Assembly: GCA_963806485.1 (NCBI GenBank)
Contig: CAWDXY010000004.1
Location: forward strand, 893,349 to 957,348
DNA: 64,000 nucleotides
Origin: an uncultured delta proteobacterium
GTDB lineage: Bacteria > Desulfobacterota > Binatia > Binatales > Binataceae
Reading direction: 5' to 3'
Shown: positions 39,518 to 50,460 of the stretch, in pieces
How the letters are laid out: each line of letters begins with the position of its first letter
Numbering within the stretch: position 1 is the stretch's first letter
Translations under genes and position numbers: made by a program
The notes under the pieces: generated by a model
Databases searched by the model: none
What the model saw: the letters and a program-made list of their open reading frames with translations, nothing else
Told to the model about the DNA's origin: nothing

Positions 39518-40021
39518 ACCCGCCGCCGGCCGCCGTCGTTTGTTTTGGGGACGGAATGCAAATTCACTCGCTACTCATCGCATGAAATCAGCCGTCGGAT
39601 CCGTTTCGAAGCGGCCGGGTGTCCCAAAGCGCTCGGAGCCGTCGCTCAGGATGTAACGTGCTTTGCGCGGCTGGACATCCGCGAGAATGCGCGCCTCGTC
39701 CACGCCGAGCGCTGGCCCCCAGCGGGCAGTGGACGCTAAGCCCTCACGTGTAGTTCGGTCTCGATGACCTCACCGGTTTGCCCAACCTGATTGACTCGAC
39801 CACCAGCGGGCGACTTGACTGACTGTGGAATTTCAGGTGGGCGGAGTTCAAAAGCGCGCTCCTCGATTCGAATGAAACAGGCACGGCCTATTGCAGGAAA
39901 TCTGATCTGAAACGGGCAGCCGGTTCGACCAAAATCGATCGGGGATGGACATGATCTCGAATTGAACTACCACGCGCACAATTGGACTATAAAGGGCCAT
40001 GATTAGGAGGTTGGCCGTTGC

Positions 40022-42307
40022 TTACTTTACATAGATTTCGGTGGTGGAAGTTGTCACGGGCGATGAGTTTACGAAGCCACCAATTACAAGGACGTTGCCG
40101 TTCGGCAACGGCGCTGCCGCGTCGACCGAGCGATTTACTATCATTAAACCGGCCAGCGAGAACTTGTTTAGCGTCGGATCGTATAGTTCGGCATTCGTCG
40201 ATCCTCCGCTGGTTATGAGGACGTTCCCGCTTGCGAGAAGGGTTGCTGTAGGTCCGAAGAGGATATCCAACATAGGACCTGTCGCGACAAACTGGCCCTC
40301 GCTTGGGTCGTAGAACTCCGCGCTGGTATTTCCCGACCCCCCTGCGGCGAGTACGATTGTTTGCGAATTCATCTGCAAGGCGGTTAGGGTGAAACTCTGA
40401 CGCGCCGACTTCATATCCGGAATTTTCGTGAACTTCTGAGTATTCGGATCATATATCTCAGCCGATGCCAGGGGTTCACCTGAGGATCCGCAACCACCCG
40501 CGATGAGAACAGTTCCATCGCTGAGTAAGGCCGCTGCGTGCGACTGCCTTGCGGCCTGCATCGGGTTTGGAACAGGGGACCATATATCGTTCGTCGGATC
40601 ATAGATCTCGGCGACATTTAGAACATTGCCGCCTTCGTCAATTCCTCCAGTGACCAGAACCGTTCCGTTTAATTGGGGGTCGGTTTCGTTCATAAGGAGT
40701 GTCGCAGTGTGCATGTATCGGGGTGTGCTCAACACGTGAGTCACCGTGTATCCGGGGTTTATTCCCTGGTTCATAGGATTGTAAATCCATTCGTTTGAAT
40801 AGGGGGTAACCGCCTGAGACTGACAGGTGACTTGCGACATAGTGTTCAAAGGGCCCACCGAGCCGCCAGCAATCAAGACACTGCCGGCGTCCGGACCGGT
40901 CGTGAACAAAGTGGCGGTATGTCCGACCAGTCCGAGTCCCTGCTGAATGTTTGATGATGTATTGTTTGCCGAGTCGTAGAGTTCGTCGAAAGTCGGTTGT
41001 GCCTGGACGTCTTCGCCACCAACCACAAGCAGCGTTCCATCGGGTAGACCGGTCGCAGTATGGCCGGTTCGGGCTTGCTCCATAAAACCCACCTGGACGA
41101 GACCAGAGCCGTCGGAAATGAAGAGATTGGCAGACGAATCCGAACTGGTGTAGCCAAAGACCTTGTCGACAGGCTTACTGCCGCCAGTCACGAGCACATC
41201 TCCATTAGCTATTGTCGCCGCCGCGTTGGCTGCGCCGGCCGTGAAGTTACTCGTATCTAATTCGGTAAAATTCCCGTTAGAGTAGACCTCGGCACTTTCG
41301 TTAGCGTCCCCACCCGCGACTAAGACTCTTCCTCCAGCTAAAAGCGACGACGAGAGGTAGGCGCGCGCTTCGTTCATCGGCGGTCCCTCAGAAAAGCCTG
41401 AAGAGTTATAAATCTCCGTAGTGTTGACAGGATTCTGTTGCGCGTCCCATCCACCGGCAATCAACACGTTCCCGTTAGGCATCAGGATTGCGGTATGGTC
41501 ACGGCGCGGATGTATCATCGGCCCGATCAAGGTGAACGAACGGGTCATCGGATCATAAATCTCAGCGCTGCTAAGGGTTGTCCCCTTATCGTCAAATCCT
41601 CCCGCGATCAGCACGGTGCCGTTCGCCAGCAGTGTCGCAGTGTGTTCGCTTCGCGGAGAGGTCATGGACCCAACTGTTTGGAAGCTTTCTGAGGCCGGGG
41701 TATAGAGTTCCGCGCTGCTCAGAGCCCCAGAGTTCGTTAGAGAACTAGTGAGGCTAGGACTGCCACCGGTGATGAGAACGGTGCCGTCCGGCAAGAGTGT
41801 TGCCGTATGACCACTACGAGAGGCATTCATATCTCCAACTGGGACGAAAGAGCTCGTACCAAACTTATACAATTCAGCCGTATTTGATGTCGTATTTGAT
41901 ACGGTCTCGTGACGCCCGCCTGCGATAAGGACATCGCCAGTTTGAAGAGAGGTTGCGGTATGCCCCACTCGCGGCTCATTCAAAGAAGCGCCAAACGAAA
42001 ATGAGCCAGTCAAAGGATCGTAGATCTCCGAGGAGTTGAGAACAAAATTACCTCTTCCACCCACAATCAGGACTTGACTCTCACCGACCAGCAGCGTCGC
42101 TGTATGCCCAGCCCGAGAGTAGTTCAGCGTTCCACCCGCCATGAACGTTGGACTCGGCGACGGCGATGCCGAGCAACTACCGCATGGGTCAAGACATCCT
42201 GCATTGTTCAGCACGAGCGCGAACGCCAATGCCAGCAATGCGGCACTGCCCAGGCGGCGCATCCAGAGAGACACTAGACGAATTCCGGATAGGTTGGTCG
42301 CGATCAC
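40022..42307 (-). CDS. Kelch-repeat beta-propeller protein, secreted/lipoprotein
   Basis: Signal peptide + Cys (LLALAFALVLNNAGC); >10 repeats of RSGHTATLLxDGTVLIxGG (Kelch motif). Confidence 0.85.
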   Translation of the reverse strand: MIATNLSGIRLVSLWMRRLGSAALLALAFALVLNNAGCLDPCGSCSASPSPSPTFMAGGTLNYSRAGHTATLLVGESQVLIVGGRGNFVLNSSEIYDPLTGSFSFGASLNEPRVGHTATSLQTGDVLIAGGRHETVSNTTSNTAELYKFGTSSFVPVGDMNASRSGHTATLLPDGTVLITGGSPSLTSSLTNSGALSSAELYTPASESFQTVGSMTSPRSEHTATLLANGTVLIAGGFDDKGTTLSSAEIYDPMTRSFTLIGPMIHPRRDHTAILMPNGNVLIAGGWDAQQNPVNTTEIYNSSGFSEGPPMNEARAYLSSSLLAGGRVLVAGGDANESAEVYSNGNFTELDTSNFTAGAANAAATIANGDVLVTGGSKPVDKVFGYTSSDSSANLFISDGSGLVQVGFMEQARTGHTATGLPDGTLLVVGGEDVQAQPTFDELYDSANNTSSNIQQGLGLVGHTATLFTTGPDAGSVLIAGGSVGPLNTMSQVTCQSQAVTPYSNEWIYNPMNQGINPGYTVTHVLSTPRYMHTATLLMNETDPQLNGTVLVTGGIDEGGNVLNVAEIYDPTNDIWSPVPNPMQAARQSHAAALLSDGTVLIAGGCGSSGEPLASAEIYDPNTQKFTKIPDMKSARQSFTLTALQMNSQTIVLAAGGSGNTSAEFYDPSEGQFVATGPMLDILFGPTATLLASGNVLITSGGSTNAELYDPTLNKFSLAGLMIVNRSVDAAAPLPNGNVLVIGGFVNSSPVTTSTTEIYVK

Positions 42308-45300
42308 TCGGTGCTCCCCGTGAGTACAACCGTGCTCCTTGGATGCGAAGGGTCATCGGTCGTGATGGTGAGGCTATCTCTAAAGTTGCTCTTCTTGCGT
42401 GGAGAGGCAAAAGTGACTGACAAGTACAAGCTTTCGCGGTATCCGACGCTGAACGCCCCTCCACCGTTAACAAAGAAAGGTGCTGCTGCCGGACCGACGC
42501 TGCCGTGTAAAACGCCCCTGCCCGAGTTCGAGATAAGCAGGGACTCGATTACTGCCACACCAGGCTCGGCTACGGGAAAGCTGAGGGTCGCCGGCACTGC
42601 GAGAATTCCAGGGACACCTCGACCGGACAAGGAGATCCGCCTGGTTGAAGATTTGGGACCGTTGGTTATGATGTGCAAAGCATCTTTTGTAGTGGACGTT
42701 GTACTAGGGGAGAACTCCACGGCCACTTGCATAGATTGTCCAGGCGACAACGAGAACGGTCCCCCGCCGGTTGTAACAGAGTAAGCAGAGTTCTGCTGAC
42801 TCTCCACCTCGCCAGTGATAGTACCTGTGAGGCTGCTATTTGTAACGACGATCGATTTTGTGAGGGTAGTTTGTAGCCCTACAGAACCAAATGCAATCGC
42901 GCGGCTACTAACCTCCAGCTCCTTACCAGCAGAGCTGGCGACGGATTTTATAGCTGGAGCGGGTTTGAACGAGGCGGCGGCTAAATCGTACCGCAATACC
43001 CGATTGTTCCCTCCGTCGGCAATGAATAGGTTTCCATTTTGATCAACCGAAACACCTTTCGGGCCGCAGAGTGTCTCAGGACCCGGGCCGTTTGTGGGGC
43101 AGCCTTGGCCGCTGTTCTGGAAATCTCCATTCTGCCCGAACACCAGGTCGGCGGTCGTGTCACCTGCGTTGTACTCGAGTACGCGGTCGTTGCCGAAATC
43201 GCTAACATACAAATTTTCGTCACCGTCCAGCGCCAGCGCCACCGGAGCGCACAACGTGCCAGGTCCCGTTATGGTAGGGTCGCCGCTAGCAGTGCCTGGC
43301 ATGCATCCTTGAGCGGTCACAAAGCTTCCGCTCTGACCGAAGACCTTGTCCGGGACATCGTCGCCTGCGCCTATTTCTCCACTGTTCGCGTTCAGGGGCG
43401 TATTGTATTCCAGTACGCGATTATTGCCGGAGTCGGCCACGTATAGATTACCGATCGCATCTACTGCTACGTCACCGCTGGGCCCGGGCAGGTTGCCCTC
43501 CGTCTGAAAGCACAGACCGTCGGGACCGCCTCCGCACAAGGCCGTTACAAAGCTTCCGTTCTGACCGAAAACCACATCGGCACTTATGCTGCTCGCTCCA
43601 CCGTGAAGGTCCTGGTTCAGCGGAGTATTGTACTCAAGCACGCGATTATTACCTACGTCTGCCACGTACAGGTTCCCAAGCGAGTCCCCGGCGATGCCTA
43701 CCGGGTCACAGAGACTGCCGCTACCGATGCTTTTCGCTCCTTTTCCGAGGTTGCAGCCGGAAGCCGTGAAGTCGCCGTTCTGACCCAACACGTGATTTGC
43801 CGTGGCGCCAATGCAAGGGTACGATTGGCACGCTGCAAAGGGTGTATCGTACTCCAAAATACGGTTGTTGCCGGAGTCTGCGACGAATAGATTTCCGAGA
43901 GCATCGGTTGTAAGTCCCGATGGTTCGCACAGAGAGCTTGCTCCCACCTCCGTGCAGACGTGACTATCAATGGGATGGAGATCTGCCAGGAAATCAGCGG
44001 CACTCGTGCGAAAGTCGTTTTGACCAATGACGAGATCCGCGGCTGCCCCGTTTGCAAAGGCGGCGGCGCTGCGCCACGCGAGTATCCTATTGTTTGAAGT
44101 GTCCGAAACGTAAAGCCTATCTTGCGTATCGACCGCGATGAAATCGGGGTTGTTCAAGCCCGTGCCATCGAGTGCATTGATGACATCGTGCTCGAAATCC
44201 ACTTGTCCGAGCACTCGATCTGCGGTCGGACTATCAGAGGAGATTGGTGCATCGAAACTGAGAACGCGATTATTTCCGGAGTCCGCGATGAAGAGTGTGC
44301 CTTGGTTGTCGAGACCGAGCCCACCGGGAAGACAGAGACTATCGGGACCAATTCCGTACACGTCACCAAGATCAGAACCATTGTTGCACCCGCTTATCCC
44401 GTTCGTGAAGGTTCCGTCCTCACCAAATACCAGTTCAGCAATCGGGGATCCGGATTCTGGACCGGTGCCACTTATATCAATGGCGTATTCAAGCACTCTA
44501 TTGTTGTGGTAATCTGACAAGTAGACGTGTCCCGTGGCGTCTACAGCCACGCCTCCGACTGTTCCATCACCCAAACAGAGGCTGTCGGGACCGATTATTT
44601 CGGCGTTGCCCTGTAAGTCGAAAAATTCAATGTCGCCAGGTGCAGTGCCTTCGTCGCACTCACCATGTGCGAAGCTATCTTGGCCGAATACTATATCAGC
44701 AGTCGTATCGCCCGCTCCTGCTTCACCGCTACCTGCATTCAGGGGTGTGTTATACCGGAGGACCCGATTGTCAGCACTGTCGACGACGTATAGGTTGCCG
44801 ACGAGATCGACCGCCAAACCTGTGGGTCGGCATAGGCTGTCCGCGCTAATTCCGCCGGCTTCCCCCTGCTTTCCGTTGTAGCACGCCCTCGAGACGAAGG
44901 ACCCGTTCTGACCAAAGACAAGAGCTGCAGTTGTGTTACCGCCCGAATTCAGAGGCGTGTTGTATTCGAGCACCCGTGAGTTCCCCATGTCGGCCACAAA
45001 GACATTCCCTGATGTATCGACGGCGACTGCCGCCGGATTACAAAGAGAGTCCTTGTTGGGGGGATCATTACACATGTTCGATGTAAACTTGCCGCCCTGC
45101 CCGAAAACAAGCGCCGCCGAAAGTCCGGAACAGGGAAATGCCTGGCATGCTGTGAACGGCGCATCATATTCCAGAACACGATTGTTGCTTGTATCCGCTA
45201 CGTATAGATTTCCGGCGGTATCGATGGCGATTCCACCCGGCAAGTTGAGACTGTCGCCTCCAACAACTCCGCCCACGGTGTCAACGTTTGGGCTGCACGC

Positions 45301-45762
45301 GAATCCATGGTTACCATCAACCGACTGAAAATCCGGTTGTCCAATTACCAGATCAGCGGGTTCCCCGTTTTGGAGTGAAACGACGTCCTGCCAGCCCAGA
45401 ACACGATTGTTGCCCGTGTCCGTGATATATAAGTGTCCTTGCGAGTCTACAGCGACCGCGCTGGGCTCATTGAATCCCGAGGGCCCAGGATTGTTGACGC
45501 CACAATGATTGTAATCCGGATGACCCAGTACAGCCGTCGCCACGGTTGTCTCGTTGGCCACTACCTTGTTCACCGCGACGAACAATACCACGCAGACTAA
45601 GATCGCAATCCTTCCGAACCCGAATGCACTCTGCTTCAAGGGACGCCGACTCCGGGATGCGGCGACGCGTATTGCGCCGACTTCATTCGCGCGATCCGGC
45701 TGGGATGGCCGTCGCCGGAATGCATGAAGCTCGGCAACGCCGCAGCAGCGATGGTGGCGCAA
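42304..45762 (-). CDS. NHL-repeat beta-propeller protein with C-terminal choice-of-anchor-D domains, secreted
   Basis: ~14 repeats of LxxPxGxAVDxxGNLYVADxGNNRVLEY (NHL motif); C-terminal FGSVGLQTTLTKSIVVTNSS... ASH-like units; stop overlaps Kelch gene start by 4 nt (operon). Confidence 0.85.
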   Translation of the reverse strand: MRHHRCCGVAELHAFRRRPSQPDRANEVGAIRVAASRSRRPLKQSAFGFGRIAILVCVVLFVAVNKVVANETTVATAVLGHPDYNHCGVNNPGPSGFNEPSAVAVDSQGHLYITDTGNNRVLGWQDVVSLQNGEPADLVIGQPDFQSVDGNHGFACSPNVDTVGGVVGGDSLNLPGGIAIDTAGNLYVADTSNNRVLEYDAPFTACQAFPCSGLSAALVFGQGGKFTSNMCNDPPNKDSLCNPAAVAVDTSGNVFVADMGNSRVLEYNTPLNSGGNTTAALVFGQNGSFVSRACYNGKQGEAGGISADSLCRPTGLAVDLVGNLYVVDSADNRVLRYNTPLNAGSGEAGAGDTTADIVFGQDSFAHGECDEGTAPGDIEFFDLQGNAEIIGPDSLCLGDGTVGGVAVDATGHVYLSDYHNNRVLEYAIDISGTGPESGSPIAELVFGEDGTFTNGISGCNNGSDLGDVYGIGPDSLCLPGGLGLDNQGTLFIADSGNNRVLSFDAPISSDSPTADRVLGQVDFEHDVINALDGTGLNNPDFIAVDTQDRLYVSDTSNNRILAWRSAAAFANGAAADLVIGQNDFRTSAADFLADLHPIDSHVCTEVGASSLCEPSGLTTDALGNLFVADSGNNRILEYDTPFAACQSYPCIGATANHVLGQNGDFTASGCNLGKGAKSIGSGSLCDPVGIAGDSLGNLYVADVGNNRVLEYNTPLNQDLHGGASSISADVVFGQNGSFVTALCGGGPDGLCFQTEGNLPGPSGDVAVDAIGNLYVADSGNNRVLEYNTPLNANSGEIGAGDDVPDKVFGQSGSFVTAQGCMPGTASGDPTITGPGTLCAPVALALDGDENLYVSDFGNDRVLEYNAGDTTADLVFGQNGDFQNSGQGCPTNGPGPETLCGPKGVSVDQNGNLFIADGGNNRVLRYDLAAASFKPAPAIKSVASSAGKELEVSSRAIAFGSVGLQTTLTKSIVVTNSSLTGTITGEVESQQNSAYSVTTGGGPFSLSPGQSMQVAVEFSPSTTSTTKDALHIITNGPKSSTRRISLSGRGVPGILAVPATLSFPVAEPGVAVIESLLISNSGRGVLHGSVGPAAAPFFVNGGGAFSVGYRESLYLSVTFASPRKKSNFRDSLTITTDDPSHPRSTVVLTGSTE

Positions 45763-45891
45763 GGCTTGGGCTCGGACGCGGGCATCCGCGACCTGGACGA
45801 TACAATCCGCTTCATGCGCGAAACTCCCCCGCGTTCCAGCTAACGGTCTCCAAAAATTCGCGTGACGGTCATCCTGAAGTCCATACTGCGC

Positions 45892-48585
45892 TTACTTTCC
45901 TGTGCCACTCACAGAAATCGTCTGGTTGGCGTTCGCCGCGTTGTCATAGATGGTTACCTGGGCGGACTGAAAACCGGACGCGTCCGCAGAAAAATAGACG
46001 GTGAGCTTGCACTTCTCCTTGGGGTACAACTGCTGACCGCAGGACCAAGAGACCGAGAATTCCGGGTTGGTTACCGATACCGGCGGGTTCCCAAATGTGA
46101 TCGGGAATCCAGACTTGCTCGTGCTGAGCGTGAACGTCTCGTGTTTGGACTTGCCAAATTTCACATTGCCAAAATTCTTCGACGACGGTTTGACCTCGAG
46201 GGAGTTTGGAACCGGAGTCTGGCTGCTCGTCGGTGTCGGAGTTGGTGTGAGGGTTGCAGTCGCCGTCGGAGTTGCGCTCGCGGTCGCCGAAGCCGTAGGC
46301 GTTTCGGTCCTCGTTGCAGTTGCAGTGGCGGTAGGAGTTGCGGAACTGGTTGTTGTCATTGTCGCCGTCGCCGTTGGAGTTGCAGTTGTGGTCGGCGTCG
46401 CGGTGGCCGTATCGATCGCGGTGTTCGTTGCGGTTGGCGTCGCCGTGTTCGTCGCAGTCGCGGTCGCAGTATTCGTCGCCGTAGGCGTTGCCGTCGGTGT
46501 GCCGCCGGTCGGCGTCGCGGTCGGCGTGGGGGTCGCCGTAATGGTGCCAGCTCCGCTCAAAGCGACTTGGAAGGTGGTCTGAATGCAGTCTGGGCAGTTT
46601 ACATCCACTTGACCCGGGGGGGACTGTGTCGCAGATGTCGGTGTGAATTGAACGGTTTCCTGCTGAGAGTTACTGGGCTGCAAGTTGGTGAAGGACAGGC
46701 TTCCGACCAGGAAAAATGGCGGTGAAGGCGGGCTGAACGTCCCGCTCGCCGCGCTCGTTCCGTTGTTCGTCACCATGAACGTGCCGGTCGTGCTAGTCCC
46801 AATTGGCACCGATCCAAAGGGGATACTCGTGGGGCTCACCGTAATCGAAATCCCCTGAATCGGAGTCGCAGTCGCAGTCGGAGTCGCAGTGCCGGTCGGC
46901 GTGCCGCTCGGGGTCGCCGTGGCGGTCGCGGTCAGGGTCGGAGTGGGGGTCGCCGTAATGGTGCCAGCTCCGCTCAAGGCGACTTGGAAGGTGGTCTGAA
47001 TGCAGTCTGGGCAGTTTACATTCACTTGACCCGGGGGGGACTGTGTCGCAGATGTCGGCGTGAATTGAACGGTTTCCTGCTGAGAGTTACTGGGCTGTAA
47101 GTCGAATGACTGGCTTCCTTGTAGAACAAATGGCGCTGACGGCGGGCTAAACGTCCCGATCGCCTCGCTCGTTCCGTCGTTCGACACAGTGAACATACCG
47201 GTCGTGCTTGTCCCGATTGGTACCGATCCAAACGGGATACTCAGGGGGCTCACCGAAATCGAAATCCCCTGAACCGGCGTCGCGGTGGGGCTCGGCGTCG
47301 GCATCGGCGTCGCAGTGGCAGTCGGCGTGGCGGTCAGGGTTGCGGTCGCGGTGGCAGTCGGGGTCGCCGTAGGCACCGCATCGGCTTCGTATGCACCGAT
47401 ACAACAGTCGGTTTGCCCGGGCGCCGGACGCCCATACCCGCGCTGGTCGGTCGTCAGCGGATTATCGTTTGCGTCGGTGCAGGCGGCTGGAGGGATCTGG
47501 GCAATCGCGGCACTGCCCATCTCCAGTGCGATGGTCTCGGTTGGGCCGCCGTTGTTGGCGAGTCCGTTCGCGAGGTCTATGTCGCTGACGATATTATGGC
47601 TGCCGGTGGCGGTGAACCCGCACGAGCCGTCGTCCGAAAGGTTGTAGCCGTCGTCGGTCAATGACGTGTAGTAGCAGTTGTTGGGAGTGCTGTCCGCCAA
47701 AATGGTCCCTTTGAGGTTGATGGTGCCTCCGCCGTTGTTGAACGCACCGCCCACGCCCCCAATCGCCTGGTTGTCTGAAAACGTGCTGTTGATGAGGGTC
47801 AGCGTGCTGCTGCTGAAGTTATAGATCGCGCCGCCCTCGCCGATGCCGCCGCTGCTGCCTCCGGTGGCCTGGTTGTCCGAGAACGTGCTGTTGGTGACGG
47901 TCAGCGTGCCGCTGCTGTAGTTATAGATTGCGCCGCCCTCACCTACGCCGCCCACGCTGCTGCTGCCGGTAGCGCTGCCGCCGGTGGCCTGGTTGGCCGA
48001 AAATGTGCTGTTCGTCACGGTCAGCGTGCCGCTGTTATAGATAGCGCCGCCCTCGCCTAAGCCGCCCTCGCTGCTGCTGCCGCTAGCGCTGCCGCCGGTG
48101 GCCTGGTTGGCCGAGAACGTGATGTTCGTGACGTTCAGCGTGCCATTGTTGACGATGGCGCCGCCCTCGGCCGCGCTGCCGCTGGTACCGATCACGCTTC
48201 CGTTAGTCAGCGTCAGAAATTGCAGGTTGAGCGTGGCGCCCGAGATCACGCTGAAAATTTCATTCGCGTTGTTGCCATCCACCGTGATGGCTTGTCCGCT
48301 CCCATCGATCGTCACGCCCGCGACGTTTGTGATTGAGGGAAGTTCGCTGCCCAGAGTGATCGTGCCGCTGACGCTGAAATTGATGGTGTAGGCAGTACTG
48401 GGGTTGGCGTCCGCGGTGGTGATGGCTGCGCCCAGACTTCCGGCGCCGCTGTCATTGGTGTTGGTGACGGTAATAGTCGCTGCGCGCGCCAGCCCCGACA
48501 TCGCTAGCAGCAAAAACGGCAGCGCAATTGCGGCGAGCGCGGAGCGCCAATTTCGATCTGCCACGGATCCTCCGCCACGGCGCAT
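45892..48585 (-). CDS. secreted beta-helix repeat protein with TP-rich linkers, two tandem ~137-aa Ig-like domains and C-terminal domain
   Basis: Signal peptide; beta-helix rungs GTLTVTNSTFSANQATGGS; duplicated domain ...IPFGSVPIGTSTTG...QPSNSQQETVQFTPTSATQSPPGQV(N/D)VNCPDCIQTTFQVALSGAGTIT. Confidence 0.85.
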   Translation of the reverse strand: MRRGGGSVADRNWRSALAAIALPFLLLAMSGLARAATITVTNTNDSGAGSLGAAITTADANPSTAYTINFSVSGTITLGSELPSITNVAGVTIDGSGQAITVDGNNANEIFSVISGATLNLQFLTLTNGSVIGTSGSAAEGGAIVNNGTLNVTNITFSANQATGGSASGSSSEGGLGEGGAIYNSGTLTVTNSTFSANQATGGSATGSSSVGGVGEGGAIYNYSSGTLTVTNSTFSDNQATGGSSGGIGEGGAIYNFSSSTLTLINSTFSDNQAIGGVGGAFNNGGGTINLKGTILADSTPNNCYYTSLTDDGYNLSDDGSCGFTATGSHNIVSDIDLANGLANNGGPTETIALEMGSAAIAQIPPAACTDANDNPLTTDQRGYGRPAPGQTDCCIGAYEADAVPTATPTATATATLTATPTATATPMPTPSPTATPVQGISISVSPLSIPFGSVPIGTSTTGMFTVSNDGTSEAIGTFSPPSAPFVLQGSQSFDLQPSNSQQETVQFTPTSATQSPPGQVNVNCPDCIQTTFQVALSGAGTITATPTPTLTATATATPSGTPTGTATPTATATPIQGISITVSPTSIPFGSVPIGTSTTGTFMVTNNGTSAASGTFSPPSPPFFLVGSLSFTNLQPSNSQQETVQFTPTSATQSPPGQVDVNCPDCIQTTFQVALSGAGTITATPTPTATPTGGTPTATPTATNTATATATNTATPTATNTAIDTATATPTTTATPTATATMTTTSSATPTATATATRTETPTASATASATPTATATLTPTPTPTSSQTPVPNSLEVKPSSKNFGNVKFGKSKHETFTLSTSKSGFPITFGNPPVSVTNPEFSVSWSCGQQLYPKEKCKLTVYFSADASGFQSAQVTIYDNAANANQTISVSGTGK
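46540..47100 (-). repeat. intragenic tandem duplication (~412-bp period) with ~160-nt segments ~98 percent identical, each containing a C7/G7 homopolymer
   Basis: gtgccagctccgctcaa(a/g)gcgacttggaaggtggtctgaatgcagtctgggcagtttacat(c/t)cacttgacccgggggggactgtgtcgcagatgtcgg... at ~46543 and ~46955. Confidence 0.8.
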
Positions 48586-49652
48586 TCGGCCGCATCGGCA
48601 AATTTCACCCGGTCAACTCACTCAAACAAGTCCGTCAGAGCTTCCTAGCGAGCTTAACTGCAGTAAAGATCGGGGAGCAGAGGAGAATGATCAAAACGCT
48701 GCAACCGCCGCCTTCGCGCCGTTCAACGCCGCCGAAGCAGCCTCGCACCTCGGCATTGACACGGCCCGGCTACTCGCCAGTATTGGAAGCGATGCAGCTT
48801 TCGATGTCAGCGACGAACCTGGAAAGAAGAATCCTGCTCGCGATTTCATTCAGCGTTCCCCCAACGCCCATCAGCGCTTGCTCCCGCGCTCTGTTTACAG
48901 ACGCAAAAGCACGTCGGAACTAATACACTTTATGTCGGCTTAGCACAACACCACGTGATGTTTTCTCACCCTGCATAGCGCGGTTTAAACCGTCCTCGCA
49001 CCCACGATAGGGCGATACATCTCCAACTTTCGAATGGATTTCACGAGCTTTTTCCTCTTGCGGTGTGTCTATGACACCGAGGACGGGCAATTGGGGGGGA
49101 ATTAGACTACGAAAACCGTTGGCATGTCCGCATGATCTTTTCCGTCATTCCAACCGGAGTCTCATTACTCCTCGTCATCGCGAGGCGCTCAAAGCGGCAA
49201 CCGCGGGGAGGCTCGGTGCTTGTCACCGCTCGAGGAGCGCGCCGCCTGTTTTTAGTTACCAAGTTGTCAGGCGGCGACCTTGTTCCGGGTAGACCCGCAG
49301 TAATGCACGCTGCGCTAGTTCGAGACGAAAGTCATCGTCGGCGCGGTTAAACCAAACACCCGCGACCACGACAGTCGATGTCTCATCAGCTCAGGATTCT
49401 GTGGCCACAGAGAAAGTCCGAGTCAACGCGAAGACGCAGGCACGACGAGCAGAAGCATTGATTGACCACCAGGTTTGAATTGCACCCGCTCGTTCCGCCA
49501 GAAAGATGATCCGAGGACCCAATCGGTCCGGTTCGATCGCTTCTTCGAGTTCACGATTCTGTTGCTTCCGTTTGTTACTCAAGGACGAAAAGAACGCGCG
49601 AACCGAAGAGAGAGTCGCACTATCTTCGTTAAGGGTCGAGCACTCCGCACTT

Positions 49653-50450
49653 TTACTCATTGAAACTGAACAGTTTGAAACAGGTTACTTGGACATATCC
49701 TCCTGAGGTGCCATATCCAGCCTGAACATCGAGGCCAATCTTCAACTTGGTCAGGTAAGCACCGACATCAGGTCCACCCTCGCCGGCCAGACCACCTTCT
49801 ATAAATCCGCCGTTCCAGATGGCGCCGCCCCCGCCTGCGAAAACCATGTAACTACCACGTGAAAACAAAACCATTCGCAGATCTATGGCGCTGCTTGTTA
49901 CGTTATTTTGTCCGTCATATCCAGTTTCGAACGAGAAGTTGACCGGATGGGGGCTGTAACTGAACAGCCAGCTTGAGAAATCCGCCTCAAGATCATATGC
50001 GTGGCTGTCTGCGACGTCCTTACCCCCTAAGAGATAAATGTAGGTGCCGGGGTATGGGCTCAGGTCCAGGCCGCCCTGAAACCGGCCAAAGTTCAGCCGG
50101 GCTTGATGGGCTGAATCTGATGGACTCAGTGGATTTTGGAACCCTGCTCCTTCGAACAGTTGATACCCGGTAGCTCGTGCGACCAAGCCGATATAGGGGG
50201 TGACGGTTTGTTCAAACTGGAAACCTTCCTGGATCGTGGCATATTGATCGCTCCGATAGGCACCCGCGAATGCAACGACATCGAACCGTGGTTGCGCAAG
50301 TTCGAAGAAATCAGAATAGGCGGGGCGTACCGGGGCGGCGACGTTTTGCGCCTGTTGCGCGTGGCTTACAGCGGGTGACAGCAGAACGGAAACGCCAAAG
50401 GCAATATAGCCGCAGACGTGAAGAACAATTCGGCTTTGGCGTGTATGCAT
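49653..50450 (-). CDS. secreted hypothetical protein (possible outer-membrane beta-barrel); start at internal Met MHTRQSRIVLHV of ORF 49653..50822
   Basis: Signal peptide ...AFGVSVLLSPAVSHAQQ; alternating aromatic/Gly-rich beta-strand-like composition. Confidence 0.4.
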   Translation of the reverse strand: MHTRQSRIVLHVCGYIAFGVSVLLSPAVSHAQQAQNVAAPVRPAYSDFFELAQPRFDVVAFAGAYRSDQYATIQEGFQFEQTVTPYIGLVARATGYQLFEGAGFQNPLSPSDSAHQARLNFGRFQGGLDLSPYPGTYIYLLGGKDVADSHAYDLEADFSSWLFSYSPHPVNFSFETGYDGQNNVTSSAIDLRMVLFSRGSYMVFAGGGGAIWNGGFIEGGLAGEGGPDVGAYLTKLKIGLDVQAGYGTSGGYVQVTCFKLFSFNE

Positions 50451-50460
50451 TGACAGTTGC

